Of a DNA stretch of 64,000 nucleotides, positions 13,628-26,399 are shown piece by piece; positions within the stretch are counted from its first letter, which is position 1; each line of letters starts with the position of its first letter. This DNA is from Lama guanicoe (Eukaryota), in NCBI GenBank assembly GCA_013239625.1, contig MU053881.1, positions 12,600,879-12,664,878 of the forward strand, read 5' to 3'. Position numbers and translations under genes: made by a program. The notes under the pieces are model-generated. The model searched no databases. It saw only the letters and a program-made list of their open reading frames with translations, and was not told the DNA's origin.

Positions 13628-13682
13628 AGAGACATATATGACTGAGAGACATATAGGACTAACTTGAGAGACATATAGGACT
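13628..13682. repeat. Three copies of a ~16-17 bp unit (g)agagacatata(g/t)gact
   Basis: Seen directly. Confidence 0.85.
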
Positions 13683-13707
13683 GCTGTCAGTTTGATGCTA
13701 ATAATAT

Positions 13708-13722
13708 TGCTGCTGCTGCTGC

Positions 13723-13758
<36 letters not shown>

Positions 13759-13771
13759 GGCGCGTGTGTGT
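13708..13771. repeat. Compound (CTG)n-(TG)n microsatellite
   Basis: Seen directly. Confidence 0.95.
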
Positions 13772-13966
13772 AGCCTTTGCAGGAGCTCCCCCTTAACAAA
13801 AGAACAAATACGAGAGACCTGTAAACTTCCCTTCCACAATGTGTGCATCTAGCTTCAGATCCCTCACACAGCTGAGATTGGCAGTTGTCCTTCAGGAGGA
13901 CTGGGCAATTCTCGGTATAACTCCTATCATTTTAAGTGCTTAGTTTCCCTTCAAAGCATAGCTTTG

Positions 13967-15312
13967 GCCATCTGTATATCTTCTTTGGAAAAACCTGTTT
14001 GCCCGTTTTTAATCAGATTATTATTATTATTATTATTATTACTACTTTTGATATTGAGTTATATGAACTTTTCAAATATATCTTGGATATTAACCTTTTA
14101 TTGGACATATCATTTACAAATATCTTCTCCCATTCAATAGGTTGCCTTTTGGTTTCATTGATCATCTCCTTCACTGTCCGAGAGCTTTTTAGTTTGATGT
14201 AGTCATATTTGTTTATTTTCGCTTTTGTTCCCTTTGCCTTTTGAGATAGATCCAAAAAAATATTGTTAAGACTGATGTCGAAGACAGTACCCCTGATGTT
14301 TCCTTTCAGGAATTTTATAGTTTCAGGTCTAACATTTAAGTCTTCAATTTATTTTGAATTTATTTTTGTATGTGGTATAAGAAAGTAGTCTAGTTTCAGT
14401 TTTTGTGGGTGTAGCTATCCAGCTTTCCCAACACCACTTACTAAAGAGGCTGTCTTTCCCCCGTTATATATTCCTGCCTCCTTTGTCATTGATTAATACC
14501 AATACTCATCAGGGAAATGCAAATCAAAACCACAGTGAGATATCACCTCACACCTGCCAGATTGGCTGTTACGTAGAAGACAAGTAGTAAAAAGAGCTGG
14601 CAAGGATGTGGAGAAAAGGGAGCCCTCGTACACTGTTGGTAAGAATGTAAATTGGTGCAAAAACACTATAGAGATTTCTCAAAAAAATTAAAAGTAGAAC
14701 TACTATTGTGAACCAGCAATTCCACTTCTGGGTATTTACCTGAAAACAATGAAAACAGTAATTTGAGAAGATATATGCAGACCAATGTTCACTGCAGCAT
14801 TATTTACAGCAGTCAAGGTATGAAAGCAACCTCAGTGTCCATCCATAGATGACTGGATAAAGAATATTACTGAGATGTAAAAAATGAAATCTTGCTATTT
14901 GTGACAACATGGTTGCACCTAGAGGGTATTATGCTAAGTGAATTAAGTCAGGCAAAGGAAGACAAATACCATAGAATTTTACTTATTTGTGGAATCTAAA
15001 CGAACAAAACAAATGAACAAATTTGACAAAACAGAAATGGACTCGTAGATACAGGAAACAAACTGCTGGTTGCCAGAGAGGAGGGGGGTGAGGAGGAGGG
15101 GCTAAACAAGGGAAGGGGGTTAAGAATTACAAACTTTTAGTTATAAAATAAATCATGAGCATGTAATGTACAGTATAAGAAGCAGAGTCAATAATCTTGT
15201 AGTAGCTTTGTATGGTGACAGATGTAACTAGACTTGTCGTAGTGAACCTTTTGTAATATGTAAAAACTAATGTAACATTGTAAGTCAATTATACTTTAAT
15301 GTACATAAAAGA
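13967..15312. mobile_element. 5'-inverted (twin-primed) L1: minus segment 13967-~14497, plus segment ~14498-15312
   Basis: Minus ORF 14013..14255 (KAKINKYDYIKLKS...KRQPIEWEKIF) is L1 ORF2p C-terminal; plus segment continues ORF2 end and 3' UTR; 14-bp TSD aaagcatagctttg/aaagcatacctttg. Confidence 0.85.
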
Positions 15313-15530
15313 AAAGCATACCTTTGCGATCAGACAAATGTTGGGTTCAAAACTGAGTACGTCTTGCAGCTGTGACGTCTTCACATTACTTAACCTCTCT
15401 GAGCCTCCGCTTCTACGCTTACGAAAGGGGGACCTTAACGTCTCATAGATTTGTTGTAAGGTTTAAATATGTAATATGTAAAAAGCCCAAAGTGGTACCT
15501 GACATTAGAAGGTGCTCAGTCAGTAGTAGA
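15313..15530 (+). mobile_element. MIR, with the L1 inserted in its head
   Basis: cagac...gggttcaaa...ttacttaacctctctgagcctc...catagatttgttgtaaggtttaaat. Confidence 0.75.
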
Positions 15531-16388
15531 GGTCTGTCTTTTTGTCAATCATTTTTTTCTCCCCTTGCACTCATTTGTTGTGGTGGCATCCGTTCATATT
15601 TTCGCTTGGTCATTTTTTACTTTAGAGGATTTTGCAACTCAGTTTCTCAAGAAGATTTACACTTATGCATCTTAACTATGTATCTTTGAGAATGTCTAAA
15701 TAACTCTGATTAGTAAACTTAATAAGTAAAAAAGCTAAATTAAGCCAACCAAACTCCTACTTCTTTTAGTAAATCTCTTTCATTAAGAATTTTGGATTCT
15801 AAGAGTTACCCGAGGATAAAATGTTCATTGTTTTTTAATTCAGTGTACTGCAATGAAGGATGCTGATACTATTAAACTCAACTTTCCTCTGATTTGAGGG
15901 CAAAACTAAACCTCCAAGTGTTGAGGTCACTTACAAACACAATACATAGGCTGAAGGGCTTGGGATAAACTTTTATTTAACCAATCAGAGCAATGCTAGA
16001 TATTTAATATGCATTAAAACATCGTAGATGAGTGATATTAAGTTCATAGTTTGTTTTGATTTGAATTATTTAAGGCATTCAGCAGAATAAAATAATTTCT
16101 CTTCTGTGGCTTTCTGGGGATGGGTTCCATGTTTTGAAAATTCTTTTACAAAAGGAGAGAAAAAGAAGGACTTGGTAGTAAAATAGTTGTATTTCTGAGA
16201 TCCATTTTACACACTATTAAAAATTGCATAGGCAACAGTGAGAGAGTTTGAAATTATTAAAATGCTGGCTGGTATTAGTAGAGTTTCTGTGAACCCTTCT
16301 TTTTTTGCTCACAGTTTTGAACAAATAAGGAATGTGATCTTATCAATATTCCTGTAAAACACTTTTGCTATCTTTCCATTGCTGAGCG

Positions 16389-16660
16389 CAGGAGTGAAAA
16401 ACTCACGTCTTCCAGGCTTAGGCAGGAAAGAAAATGAATGATGTGGGCTGGGCAGGGTCCATGGCCACATGGGTCACTTGTGGCTTTAAGAGGGCCACTC
16501 ACTGCACCGTACCTATGTGATTATAGACACATATGAGTTTTCAAGAAAAAACGAAAATAATGCACTTTTTATGTAAAAATGTTTCTTTATGTAATCTATA
16601 GTAAATTTAAAACATGCCCTTTTAGGGAGCAAATTTGAGCTGCATGGGCACATGGCTTGT
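16389..16660 (+). mobile_element. MER102-like hAT element
   Basis: caggagtgaaaaactcacgtcttccaggcttaggcagg...ttttcaagaaaaa...tttttatgtaaaa. Confidence 0.55.
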
Positions 16661-18169
16661 CTGAATCTTCACTTAGGCACAGCACAAAAGGCCACACTTA
16701 ATCTGGATTTAACTTTCTTTTTGTGTCATTGCTCTCCTCACTCCTTCCCCTACCATGCCCTGCCCCCATCCCTCCTGTACAGGGAGCACGTGCATCTAGT
16801 TATGTCAAATTGTGTATGTTTCGCAGAGCACATCAATCATTTCCTGTTCTTCCCCTAGCATGCATGCTCTCTCCCTGGCTCACGCCTTCCACACATGAGG
16901 ATCATGAAATCTCTTTGTCCTCCTCCAAGTATCACCAGGTGACAAGTCTTCTGAATTTTCTGTGAGCATCTGAGCCCAGGACTGCAGTGAATTCATCGTT
17001 CACTAATCTGTCCTTCCATATTGTGTTGCATTATAATTACTTATTTGCATGTCAATCTCATTATTACTCTTCCAGCTCTGTTCATTCAGCTGTTGCAGGG
17101 GGAAGCGAAATGACCATAGACAAAGTGTGCAGGGTGGAGTTTAATAACCAGAGAGGCTTCCTGATTTGTTACCAGGAGCCAGTGGCTACTGTTTCTCCTT
17201 AGGATAAAGTCACCCAATGGGGGTGTGAGCTAGGCTCATGGGCTGCCCACCTAGACTGCTTGGCAGAGTGGACGTTGGGAATTTCTGAGTCAGGCTTGAT
17301 GGGACACATTATCCATAGTTCTGTGTTTTTCTCAGGCTGGTTTCATAAGTTTAGCTCACTCCAAGCCTGGGTGATCTTCTCTGCCTCACTCCAGTCTCTC
17401 ACGTTTGGTGCTCCCATAGAGAAGCGGTGTCAGGGAGGCAGCGGGTGGGGGCGGATTTCACGTTATAACCTGGAATAAATGGCTTGGGCTGCAGAGCTTA
17501 TATTTCCAGCTCTCATTCTCAGCTCCCATCGCTGCTCATCATGGTTGCCCTGGAAGTCAGATTTTAAAGGTTTCTCGTTCTAACCAGGCTGGGAGCTCTC
17601 ACGGGGCAGGAGCTGTATCTTATTAACCTTTGTATCCTCACTGCCTGACAAACAGAAGGAGCTCAAATACTTGTTAAATGAATAGTCTGGAGGGAAGAAT
17701 GACCATAAAGAGGGTATAAGATCTTGTTTTTTATTTATAGCTAGCATTTTGTGACCCACACTGCCAAATGTACCATGTGCTCCTTGACCAGTCTCACATT
17801 TACTAAACAAATAAAGTGAAGGCTGAAAGGACACCCCATTGGCACTTTCTTCTCAATTTAGGCAGATGGAGCAAACAGCCCTTGCTGTGGTTTTATTTTA
17901 TTTTCGCTCAGTCTTCCTTGAACTTGGAGTTTACCCAGTGTTTGCTCAGCTCAGTCGAGGATCTCCTCATGGTGAATGCCGCTCTCACTACAGTTTTCTT
18001 GCCTCATTCTTAAAGATTTCAAGTTGTAAAAGATTTCATTTTGTGGCCAGAAAGTCATTCTGATTAAGTGTGAAACTGGCTGAACATACTGTGATTTTTT
18101 TTTCTAAATCTGTCTAAAAAACACTTAAAAATAAGATAATGTATCAAAATGATAATCAAGTTAATAAAA

Positions 18170-18355
18170 ATAGCAACCATTTATCGAACATTTAACATAT
18201 ACCATAGTCTGTATCAAGCACGTAAAAACATAAAAAGCGTCTTTGTGAGTTGCAGATGGGACCCTGATACTCAGAGATGCTGAGTAAATCACCCCAGGTG
18301 TGTAAGCTAGTAAATGTCCATCTAGCTGTAAAGCTTGAACTCTTTCTGTGATACC
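18170..18355 (-). mobile_element. MIR
   Basis: cagatgggaccctgatactcagagatgctgagtaaatcaccccagg. Confidence 0.55.
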
Positions 18356-19364
18356 AAAATCTGCCCGTTAAGTTATATACTTCAATTGTCTTCATAATTC
18401 AAAAGCTACGGTAAGTCATTCTAATAGTTCCAAAGTTCTCTCAATTAGGATCAGTTTGAGGATTATAGCGTCTTCATGGGTAAAGGGATGAATGCAAGGC
18501 CTGCCCCTAGGAAATATGCTCTCTAAAAGTCATTTTGAACTTTACTGTCTGTTTTTGTCTCTGTTCTTTTGGACTCTACCTTACGGCCAAATAAAAAGGA
18601 AACCTTTTGGTAATTGCATCTCCTAATGGTGCTTCTCTTGGTGATCGTTAACGCTAAAGTCAGCAATTGATTTCAGTTTACAGCCAGCCCCTTACACGCA
18701 CTTGGAAACTAGGATGCGACTGGTGTTGGGAAGTTTTGGAGAAATTACTGATACAGTGGGTTTACTTCAATACTGAGTACTGGGAGAGAGGCCATACTGG
18801 GCTTGTTTGGGATTTGATAACAAGCAGAAATACAAAGCGCCTTCCCAGACATACTGTGTGTGAAAATCAAATGAACAAATAGAAAGTGTATCTTCTGCAT
18901 TGAGTATTTTGCATGGATATTTAATTTTTTATTTAATTGTTTACATTTTTAATCTATACTTTTAATAGTATAGGGTATTTACTTAGGGCTGTCTTTCAGT
19001 TATGGTATCATAGCATCTGTTTGTTTCTATTTGTAATTGAACACCTCTTAGCATATTTTGTATATATTTCAGAATGAATGAGTGTTCAAAATTAAGAGAT
19101 TACTTTAATGCTTGAAGTTCCTTGGATATCTATGCACAAACTAGTATCAATTTGTTGAATATTATAGCAAAATTTAAATCTATCTGGTATGTTTTAAATT
19201 TAAAGATTATATATAAAATTTTAATTGAATGTGTGAATTTATCTTGGACTTTAACATTATTTGAAGTGAATTAAAGAAAATAATCCACAAAACTGACAAA
19301 AAAACCCCCAAAAAACCAAAAACCAAAAACAAAGAAAGAAAGAAGCAAACATGGGATCTGAAGT

Positions 19365-19830
19365 TTCTATCAGGAATGTTTACAAATTGAAATCGTGAAA
19401 CTTTTGCCCAATAGTGACTTGAATAAGTAGAGGTTTATCTTCTCTTGCATGGTGAGAAATCTGGAGGTAGACGGCTCCTGGGATTGGTTAGTAATATCAG
19501 GGTTGGCAATCCTCTTGTCCTTTTGCGTACAGTGACAAGATAACTGCCAGAGCTCCGGGCATCAAATCAGCATTCAGGGCAGGAAGAAAGGAGGAAGCAT
19601 CATGTCAGTCGTGACTATCTCTTTTAATCAAGAAAACAAGAGTCTTCCCAGAAATCTCCTGAAGTAACTTCTTCTATATGATTGGACAGAACACTGTCTC
19701 ATAGCCATCTCTTACTACCAGGTAATATAGAAGACTGAATATTTCACTTTCCCAGTCGCAGCAGGGGAAAGTAGTGTGGGAGAAAGGAGGCAGGAATGGC
19801 TCTTGGATCTGCCACCTAATTGTATTTGCT
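19365..19830 (-). mobile_element. MLT1J/K-like MaLR LTR
   Basis: caagataactgccagagctccgggcatc...attggacagaacactgtctcatagcc. Confidence 0.7.
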
Positions 19831-20149
19831 GTTGAATCGTCTGGTGGTTGTAGCATTAAATAAAATGTTTGGAAAGCACTTAGCAGAGGGTCTGACATAG
19901 AGTGAGAAGATACATGGTCCTTGTTACTGTCATCAAGAACAGGGGACTAAGAAGTAGCCATTAGCAATCTTATCGCTCCTTGCTTATATCCTGTACTCTC
20001 ACTACATGCTGTAAACCCACTAGAAATAAGGTATCTTACCTTTATTTTCAAACTTTAAAACCGGTAACTTTCTCCCATTGAATTTCCACAGATGCCTTTA
20101 CTTGGGCTGAGGAATTTAAGATAAAAACAAATCTTTTCTGTTTTCTGAT

Positions 20150-20498
20150 TCTGTGTTCTCAGTTCCCACAGAAATGTGGAGGGCTGTCTTGGCTACGATG
20201 GCTTCCGTTTGGGCAGCTTTGCGTTAGGCCGTACGTCTCCCATGTCTGTTCATTACACCCGGCTGGGGATGTTCATTTGGTGGTGGTGAGGGTGCAAGAG
20301 TGAACCAGCCCAGTCACACAGGAGGACACCAGAAACATATGTGTTCTCCAGTCTCTGCTTGCAGCATATTGGCAGGTATCCCACTGGCTAAAGTAAGTTA
20401 GGTGGCGCAGCCGGGGACAGAGTGAGAGAGGACCACAGTTAGGGGCCGCGGTGTAGGGAAGCATTATTTGGGACCATTAATGTAACCAGTGCACCACA
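20150..20498 (-). mobile_element. MLT1F/G/H-like MaLR LTR
   Basis: atcccactggctaaagtaagttaggtggc...gggaccattaatgtaaccagtgcaccaca. Confidence 0.6.
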
Positions 20499-23300
20499 CC
20501 AGGCTTGTTTTTGTTTTATTTGGAGACTGTAACAAGAACAATCTCTGTTCCCTGAGCACTTCAGGTAAATTTTGTTGTTTGATTACGAACGGGCTACAGG
20601 ATTATCAAACTAGCTTGTGTGTAAACTTGTTTGCTTATTTTTAAGGATGGTAATTATGCTTATTTTCAGACCTGCTGCCAATTTTCTTTTCATCGTTTTG
20701 AGAAGTTTTATGAACATTGCAATTAATCGACCATATCTCTACGATACAAGCCTGTATGTTACTTCCCAACAAATCAAGGCTTCTGTTCCTCTCCTATAGC
20801 ATTTGCTATCCTTGATTAAAGGCATGAGAGAAAAAAAATTCTGTCAAGTATTTCTAGAAGTAAATTAGGCTAGACAAGAGGAGAAAAAGTATCAACTAAT
20901 TGGGATAAATTCTGTATTGGTGTAATGTGCCACCAAGACACTCACCAAAGAGTCCAAGATTTAGGATGGTGTATATATTGCACTGAGCCATTGGATGACT
21001 TTGCCCCATAAGCACTCAGAGATGTGACTTTGTCATAATTGTTTAAATATCTGTTTACAATTACAAAAAGTCACTGTCACTATTAGAAAAACTCACCTTA
21101 TGACCTAAAACTTTCTCTAACTTTGAAAAATTTGTCTTTTATAAGCAGATTCTTACTCTGGCAAATATAGAATCCCACATTTTGCAGCTGAAGAAATGGA
21201 TGGAGTGTTTTCCTAAAGCAACTCGAGTTTCCAAGGCATATGTTGAGAATTACATACGCCTCTGACCCACACTTAATTATCTCTAACTTATTCTAACCTT
21301 GCCACTATAACATGGAAAAGCCCAGACTAGAATTTCAGCATAAAAAATTCAACTTAAATGCATAAGGGAATAAAAGTGAAAAACCACAGCAATTATTTTT
21401 AAGAGGTAAAGAAAATGCAAATGAGCACTGTTTGTGAGCTTATGAAGGATATATGAAACGAGATAAAGCAGCCATCTGTTAAAATATCTCAAAACCAAAA
21501 CTCTGGTTTATTATTGACTCGTCTCAATAAGCTTGAATGTTGTTAGTTCACCCGCAAAGAATTTCAATCCAAACTCTTCGTTATTTTTCAATCAGCATTC
21601 CGTGATCAGTGTCAGATCACTGTAGCGCACACACAGCAGCAGGTGGACCAGATGCTGAACATTAAATTAGCAAAATAACAAGGCAGAATTCGGCTTGCAA
21701 GCTTTGATTCCCTCCTGCCTTCCTCCTACACATAAAATTGGAGACTGAAAAAAAAAAAAAGGAGAAAGAGAGAGAAAGATTGGAACAAACTGCAGTTATA
21801 TGGCATTGGGTCTTTGTTAATGTATTTGACCTTGTTTTGTTTACGTATTGGCTTCTGTTATAGCATCAGGTATGGTAAAGAGCTGGTAGTAGATGTCTGT
21901 ATTACTGCTCTAAAGGTTATTTCTGCTTTCTCAAGACTAGATCACGTGACAAATAACTCAATTCGTAATTCAGATTCTGCTGCATCTATTTAAAAGAGAT
22001 TTTTCTGGGTTCTGTCTTTTCTATTCTACCTTCCCCACAATATACATATGTATCTATTTCCAAAACAGCTGTTGGACTAGTAACAGACATGGTCAGGAAA
22101 GAAAGTTGTTAGTCTTTTATGAGTGGCAAGTAGCTTATGTGTACAGATACTGAGAAGTCAAGTCTTTCTTTCCAGTTCAGCCATCCTACCCTCAGAAGCT
22201 AATCGATCTGATCCTTACAAGAAATGGTTGAATTCAGCAGCTTCCCCATTGTTAGTGAGTGTTCTTTGTTGAAAATAACAAAAAAGGGGGCAGAAATCAG
22301 CATTTTATGGTTCCCAGAAAATAAGTCCTGATCACTTAGCAGCAGATGGGTACCAAGTTAGTTAAAATTCTGTCTTGACTCTTGACAACTCTCGCAAAAA
22401 TTATGGGAATAAAAAGCCAACTTTTTCCAAGAAAGATGGTTGTGCTTTTATAGGCGTTAAATTATTTATGATTTATGGCAAATTATAAGAAAACAAAAAG
22501 TCATAGTTGCATTGGTGTTTGATGTTGAAGTAAATTTTATTGCTGCATTTTAAAACACAAAAACCAATCTTTAAAATAATAATAACACTGTTGAATATAT
22601 ATATTTATACTGTTAACATTAAGTGCAAAACAGTTTATTTATAATATTGTTACTAAGAATACAAGTTACTGTTTTAACTAAAATGAATTTGATTAGTATC
22701 TTAAAAATACAATAGACGTTGCTACCATAAAGTAGCCACGGAGATGATGGAGGAAGACTGAGTTTATAACACTCTCTAAAACAAATGCTAGGGTTCTTTC
22801 CCATGCCTCAGATAACATAACACATGAAGACTCTAGAAGATAAAGCTTTTTGAAGTGTAAAATACCAGACAACTTAAGAGGGCAATAAAGTATGCAATCC
22901 CATGGGGAATTTCTGAGCAGCCTGGGTGAAGCTGTAACCTGAAGACACCTGTATCCGGAGCACTGTTTACGCTGATATAAGGTGTCGTAGTTTGCCGGCA
23001 CAGGGGCTCTGTGGGTTGTGGGAGGTCCCCTTGGTGCCAGAGCAAGGAGAGTCTTAACCGCTGGCCTGTATGAAAAGTGGGTGGGTTCTGTTTCATTGAT
23101 TATGCTGGGTAACTTTTTGCTATGGAAACAAGAATATGAAAATCCTAATGTAATCGGCCGGAGTGCTATTACAAGAACACAGCTTTTCCAAACAGAACTC
23201 TGAGAACTATATAGAATGCATTTCTATGAAGTTAGTGATATTCACAAAGATAAGTTTATGAATTCCAACTATCCTCTGATGATGGCTTCATTCTCTAAAA

Positions 23301-24410
23301 CAGAGGTCAGCCATCTATAACCCACAGGCCAAATCTGGCTCATTGCTTATTTTTGCTTTGTTTTGTTTTATTAGAGCAGTTGTAGGTTTACTGAAGAATT
23401 GAACAGAAAGTAGAGCATTCCCATACACTCTCACCCCACCCATAGTTAAAGCCCTATTATTAACATCTTGCATTGGTATAGTACATTTGTTAAAATTGAT
23501 TAACCCATATTGACACATTTTTATTAACTGAAGTCCATAGTTTACATTAAGGTTCAGTCTTTGTGTTGTATATTCTATGAGTTTTGCGAAATAGGTAATG
23601 TCATGTATCCACCATTGCATATCACACAGAATAGTTAGTTTCACTGCCCTAAAAGTCCCCTGTACTCCACTCATTTATCATCCCACACCCCCACCAACCC
23701 TTGGCAAGTATGGATCTTTTTATTTTCTATTTTCCAGAGCACCATACAATTGGAATCATACAGTATGTAGCCTTTTCATTTTGGCTTCTTTCATTTAGCA
23801 ATATGTGTTTAATCTTCCTCATGTCTTGTCGTGACTTGGTAGCTCATTTCTTTTAAATGCTGAGTAATATTCCATTGTATGGATGTGCCACAGTTTGTTT
23901 AGCGATTCACCTATAGATGGACATCTTGATTGCTTTGAATTTGGGGCAGTTATAAATAAAGCTGCTATAAATATCTATGAGCAGGCTTTTGTGTGGATGT
24001 AAGTTGTCAGCTCCCTTGAGTAAATACCAAGGAGCATCTTTGCTGGAATACATGGTAATAGTGTGTTCCCTTTTGTAATAAACCAACAAACTGTCTTCCA
24101 AACTAGCTACTGTTTTGCATTCCCACCAACAATAAATGAGAATTGTTACTGCTCCACATATCTTGCCAAAAGTTAATGTTGCCAGTGTTTTGGATTTTGG
24201 CCATTCTAATAGGTGCTGGTAATTTCCTGTTTTTGTAAGTAAAATTTTATTGGAACACAAGTGTGCTTGTTCATGTACCTATTGTCTGTGACTGTTTTCA
24301 TGCTATTATGGCAGAGCTGAGTCATTGAGATATACAATATACTGTATGACCCACAAACCCTAAACTATTTACCATCTGGCTTTTTATGGAAAAAGTTTGT
24401 GGAGACTTGC
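23301..24410 (+). mobile_element. MER58A split by an L1 (halves 23301-23355 and ~24225-24410)
   Basis: cagaggtcagcc...cccacaggccaaatctggc resumes as ctgtttttgtaagtaaaattttattggaacac...tatttaccatctggc. Confidence 0.8.
23356..24224 (-). mobile_element. L1MC/L1MD-like 3' end
   Basis: ttagagcagttgtaggttta...gtttcactgccctaaaa...tattccattgtatggatgtgccacagtttg. Confidence 0.85.
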
Positions 24411-25519
24411 TTTAGAATATTTTTTTCTAGGACATCCCGTGATGACTTTTTTTAAGAATGTATACAAAATTCCCATGAAACATTTGTGTTTTGTTCATTG
24501 GAATAATCATGAACCCACCAAGGTCTTTGACTAGAACAGTAGGGTAGATCCATCACTAATGCAGTAATTATCAGGTCCATCCTGCAAAGAAGTTGGCAAA
24601 AATGAGATATTCATGTTCTCTTCTTTATTGCACAAAACACTTTTGGGGGACATTATATAAACAGAGGTTGCCCCAAACCAATAAAATATCATCACAAACT
24701 GAGTGGCTACAAATAGAATAATCTTGAAACCACAGATGAACTTTGTAGTGTGCATATACATGAAAGCGTACGTGTATATGTGCATGTATGTAGAAGTATT
24801 TACTAATTAAGGATAATTTTCATGATTGACAAATCCCACTTGTGATCAGAATTGCTCCTCCTTCCCAACCTTCTTATTATACTCAGCAAAAAAAATTGCT
24901 TAAACACACTAGTAACATGGACCATCTTAAAAGATGCAGGACTCAAAAGAATGCATGGTTCTTATATGCGCTTAGTATCAATATTAATATAGTTATTTTG
25001 AAAGATAAAAATCAGTTGCTTGCAAAAGAGTATAGCTTGGAATGTATTTGAAGATGTAAGATATGGCATGTAGAGAAAAACCACTAGTCTCGTCTCATGG
25101 ATTCAGTGTAAACTATCGGTTGGTCTTGGTGTCCCTTGGAGCAATGTTTTCCAAATCTAATTGCCACACATTTCCAAACCTGACTCTATTCCACCTGATT
25201 TATAATCTGAACTATGGTTCACGCAAGGGGACTCTGATAGAATTGTCCCCAAAACCATTATTTTTGAACTCTACCAAGTATCTAAGAAATTCTTTGAAAA
25301 TTGAGACCCAATGTTCATCATGTAAGTGATGCTTGGGGCATTTAGTCTATTTTGAGTGGTCCAATATCATTAAATGAAATTTCTTTTGATGACGTGTGCA
25401 TGTCCAATTTCTTTCAGGAATATTTTATTCTTAGAAATAGGAGTGTGGAACTAGCTGATCACCCTGAACTCTTGTCTTGCTACTGAAGTAGCCAGGATTT
25501 TGATTCACCTCTCATCCCA

Positions 25520-25712
25520 TGCAGTCGCCCAGCCATCTGTCTGAGTTTTCTGATTACAGAGCTGCAGGCTGGGCACGGAGGTAACGCCTTCACAAACCGT
25601 CCTAGCCGTGGAAACCGTCAACAGTTGTGTGAAGTTGAACTCCTGAGTCACTGGCGCCATCTTCGTTTGGTGACGCGCTGTGTACTTTATTCTCGTAGTG
25701 GTTTTATCGTTC
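25520..25712. promoter_or_regulatory. CpG-rich patch with adjacent AP-1, YY1 and CRE half-site motifs (putative promoter/enhancer)
   Basis: 12 CpGs in ~190 bp; TGAGTCA 25644-25650, GGCGCCATCTT 25653-25663, TGACGC 25671-25676. Confidence 0.4.
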
Positions 25713-25863
25713 AAGTTGTAACATCCAATTCATCTTAAAGCATTCATTCTTTAATTTCTGACCAGAAGCCTGTGAAAGTTAGTGATAAGCTGTGAAGAGA
25801 ACAACAGATCTGCGCTCAGGGGCAGAAGAACTGTTTTCTGGGGCTGATTCTGTCACTGCCTGG

Positions 25864-26195
25864 TGTTAAATTAAGTAAACAAGGAGGCCCTTAGACTGAG
25901 AAGGCTCTCATACCGTGGCCTAAGTAAGCAAAGCAAAACCTAAGCCTGTCAATGCCTCAAGGTGCCAAAATCAAAACGCTAAACAACCAATCACAGAGAG
26001 CCAACTGGGCTTTACACTATAGACAAGCAATAACTTCTTTGCTTTGCTTCTGCACTTCCTCTGTGTAAGTCTTTCCCTGGTTCTTCTTGGCAGAGGGCTC
26101 TTGACCACTGAAGGTTTGATAATGCCTGATTCCAATAGACTTTTGCTCAAATAAACTCTTAAAATTTTAAATATGATTCAGTTGATCTTTTAACA
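25864..26195 (+). mobile_element. ERV1-like solo LTR inserted in MIR-like sequence
   Basis: tgttaaa...tttaaca inverted termini, CCAAT near 25987, AATAAA near 26150, 4-bp TSD ctgg/ctag. Confidence 0.8.
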
Positions 26196-26399
26196 CTAGA
26201 TATTAAGTTAAAAAGTCAAGTCACAAATTTTCTCTCTTGGCTTCTTCCTCTTTAAAATATAAGTAATAGTTCTTATTCTTTTGATGTCGCATTAGCATGT
26301 ATCAGTTATGCGCATGTAAGTCAGAGCACTGTAAAGGGAGAGACACATCCATCTCTCTTCAACCCACCTCTTCACCCCCCTGGTCTGGTTTGGTATGTC

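Noticed and set aside
13628..13682. CRISPR-like repeat array
   Set aside because: Three near-adjacent units without spacers, in mammalian DNA with no cas genes
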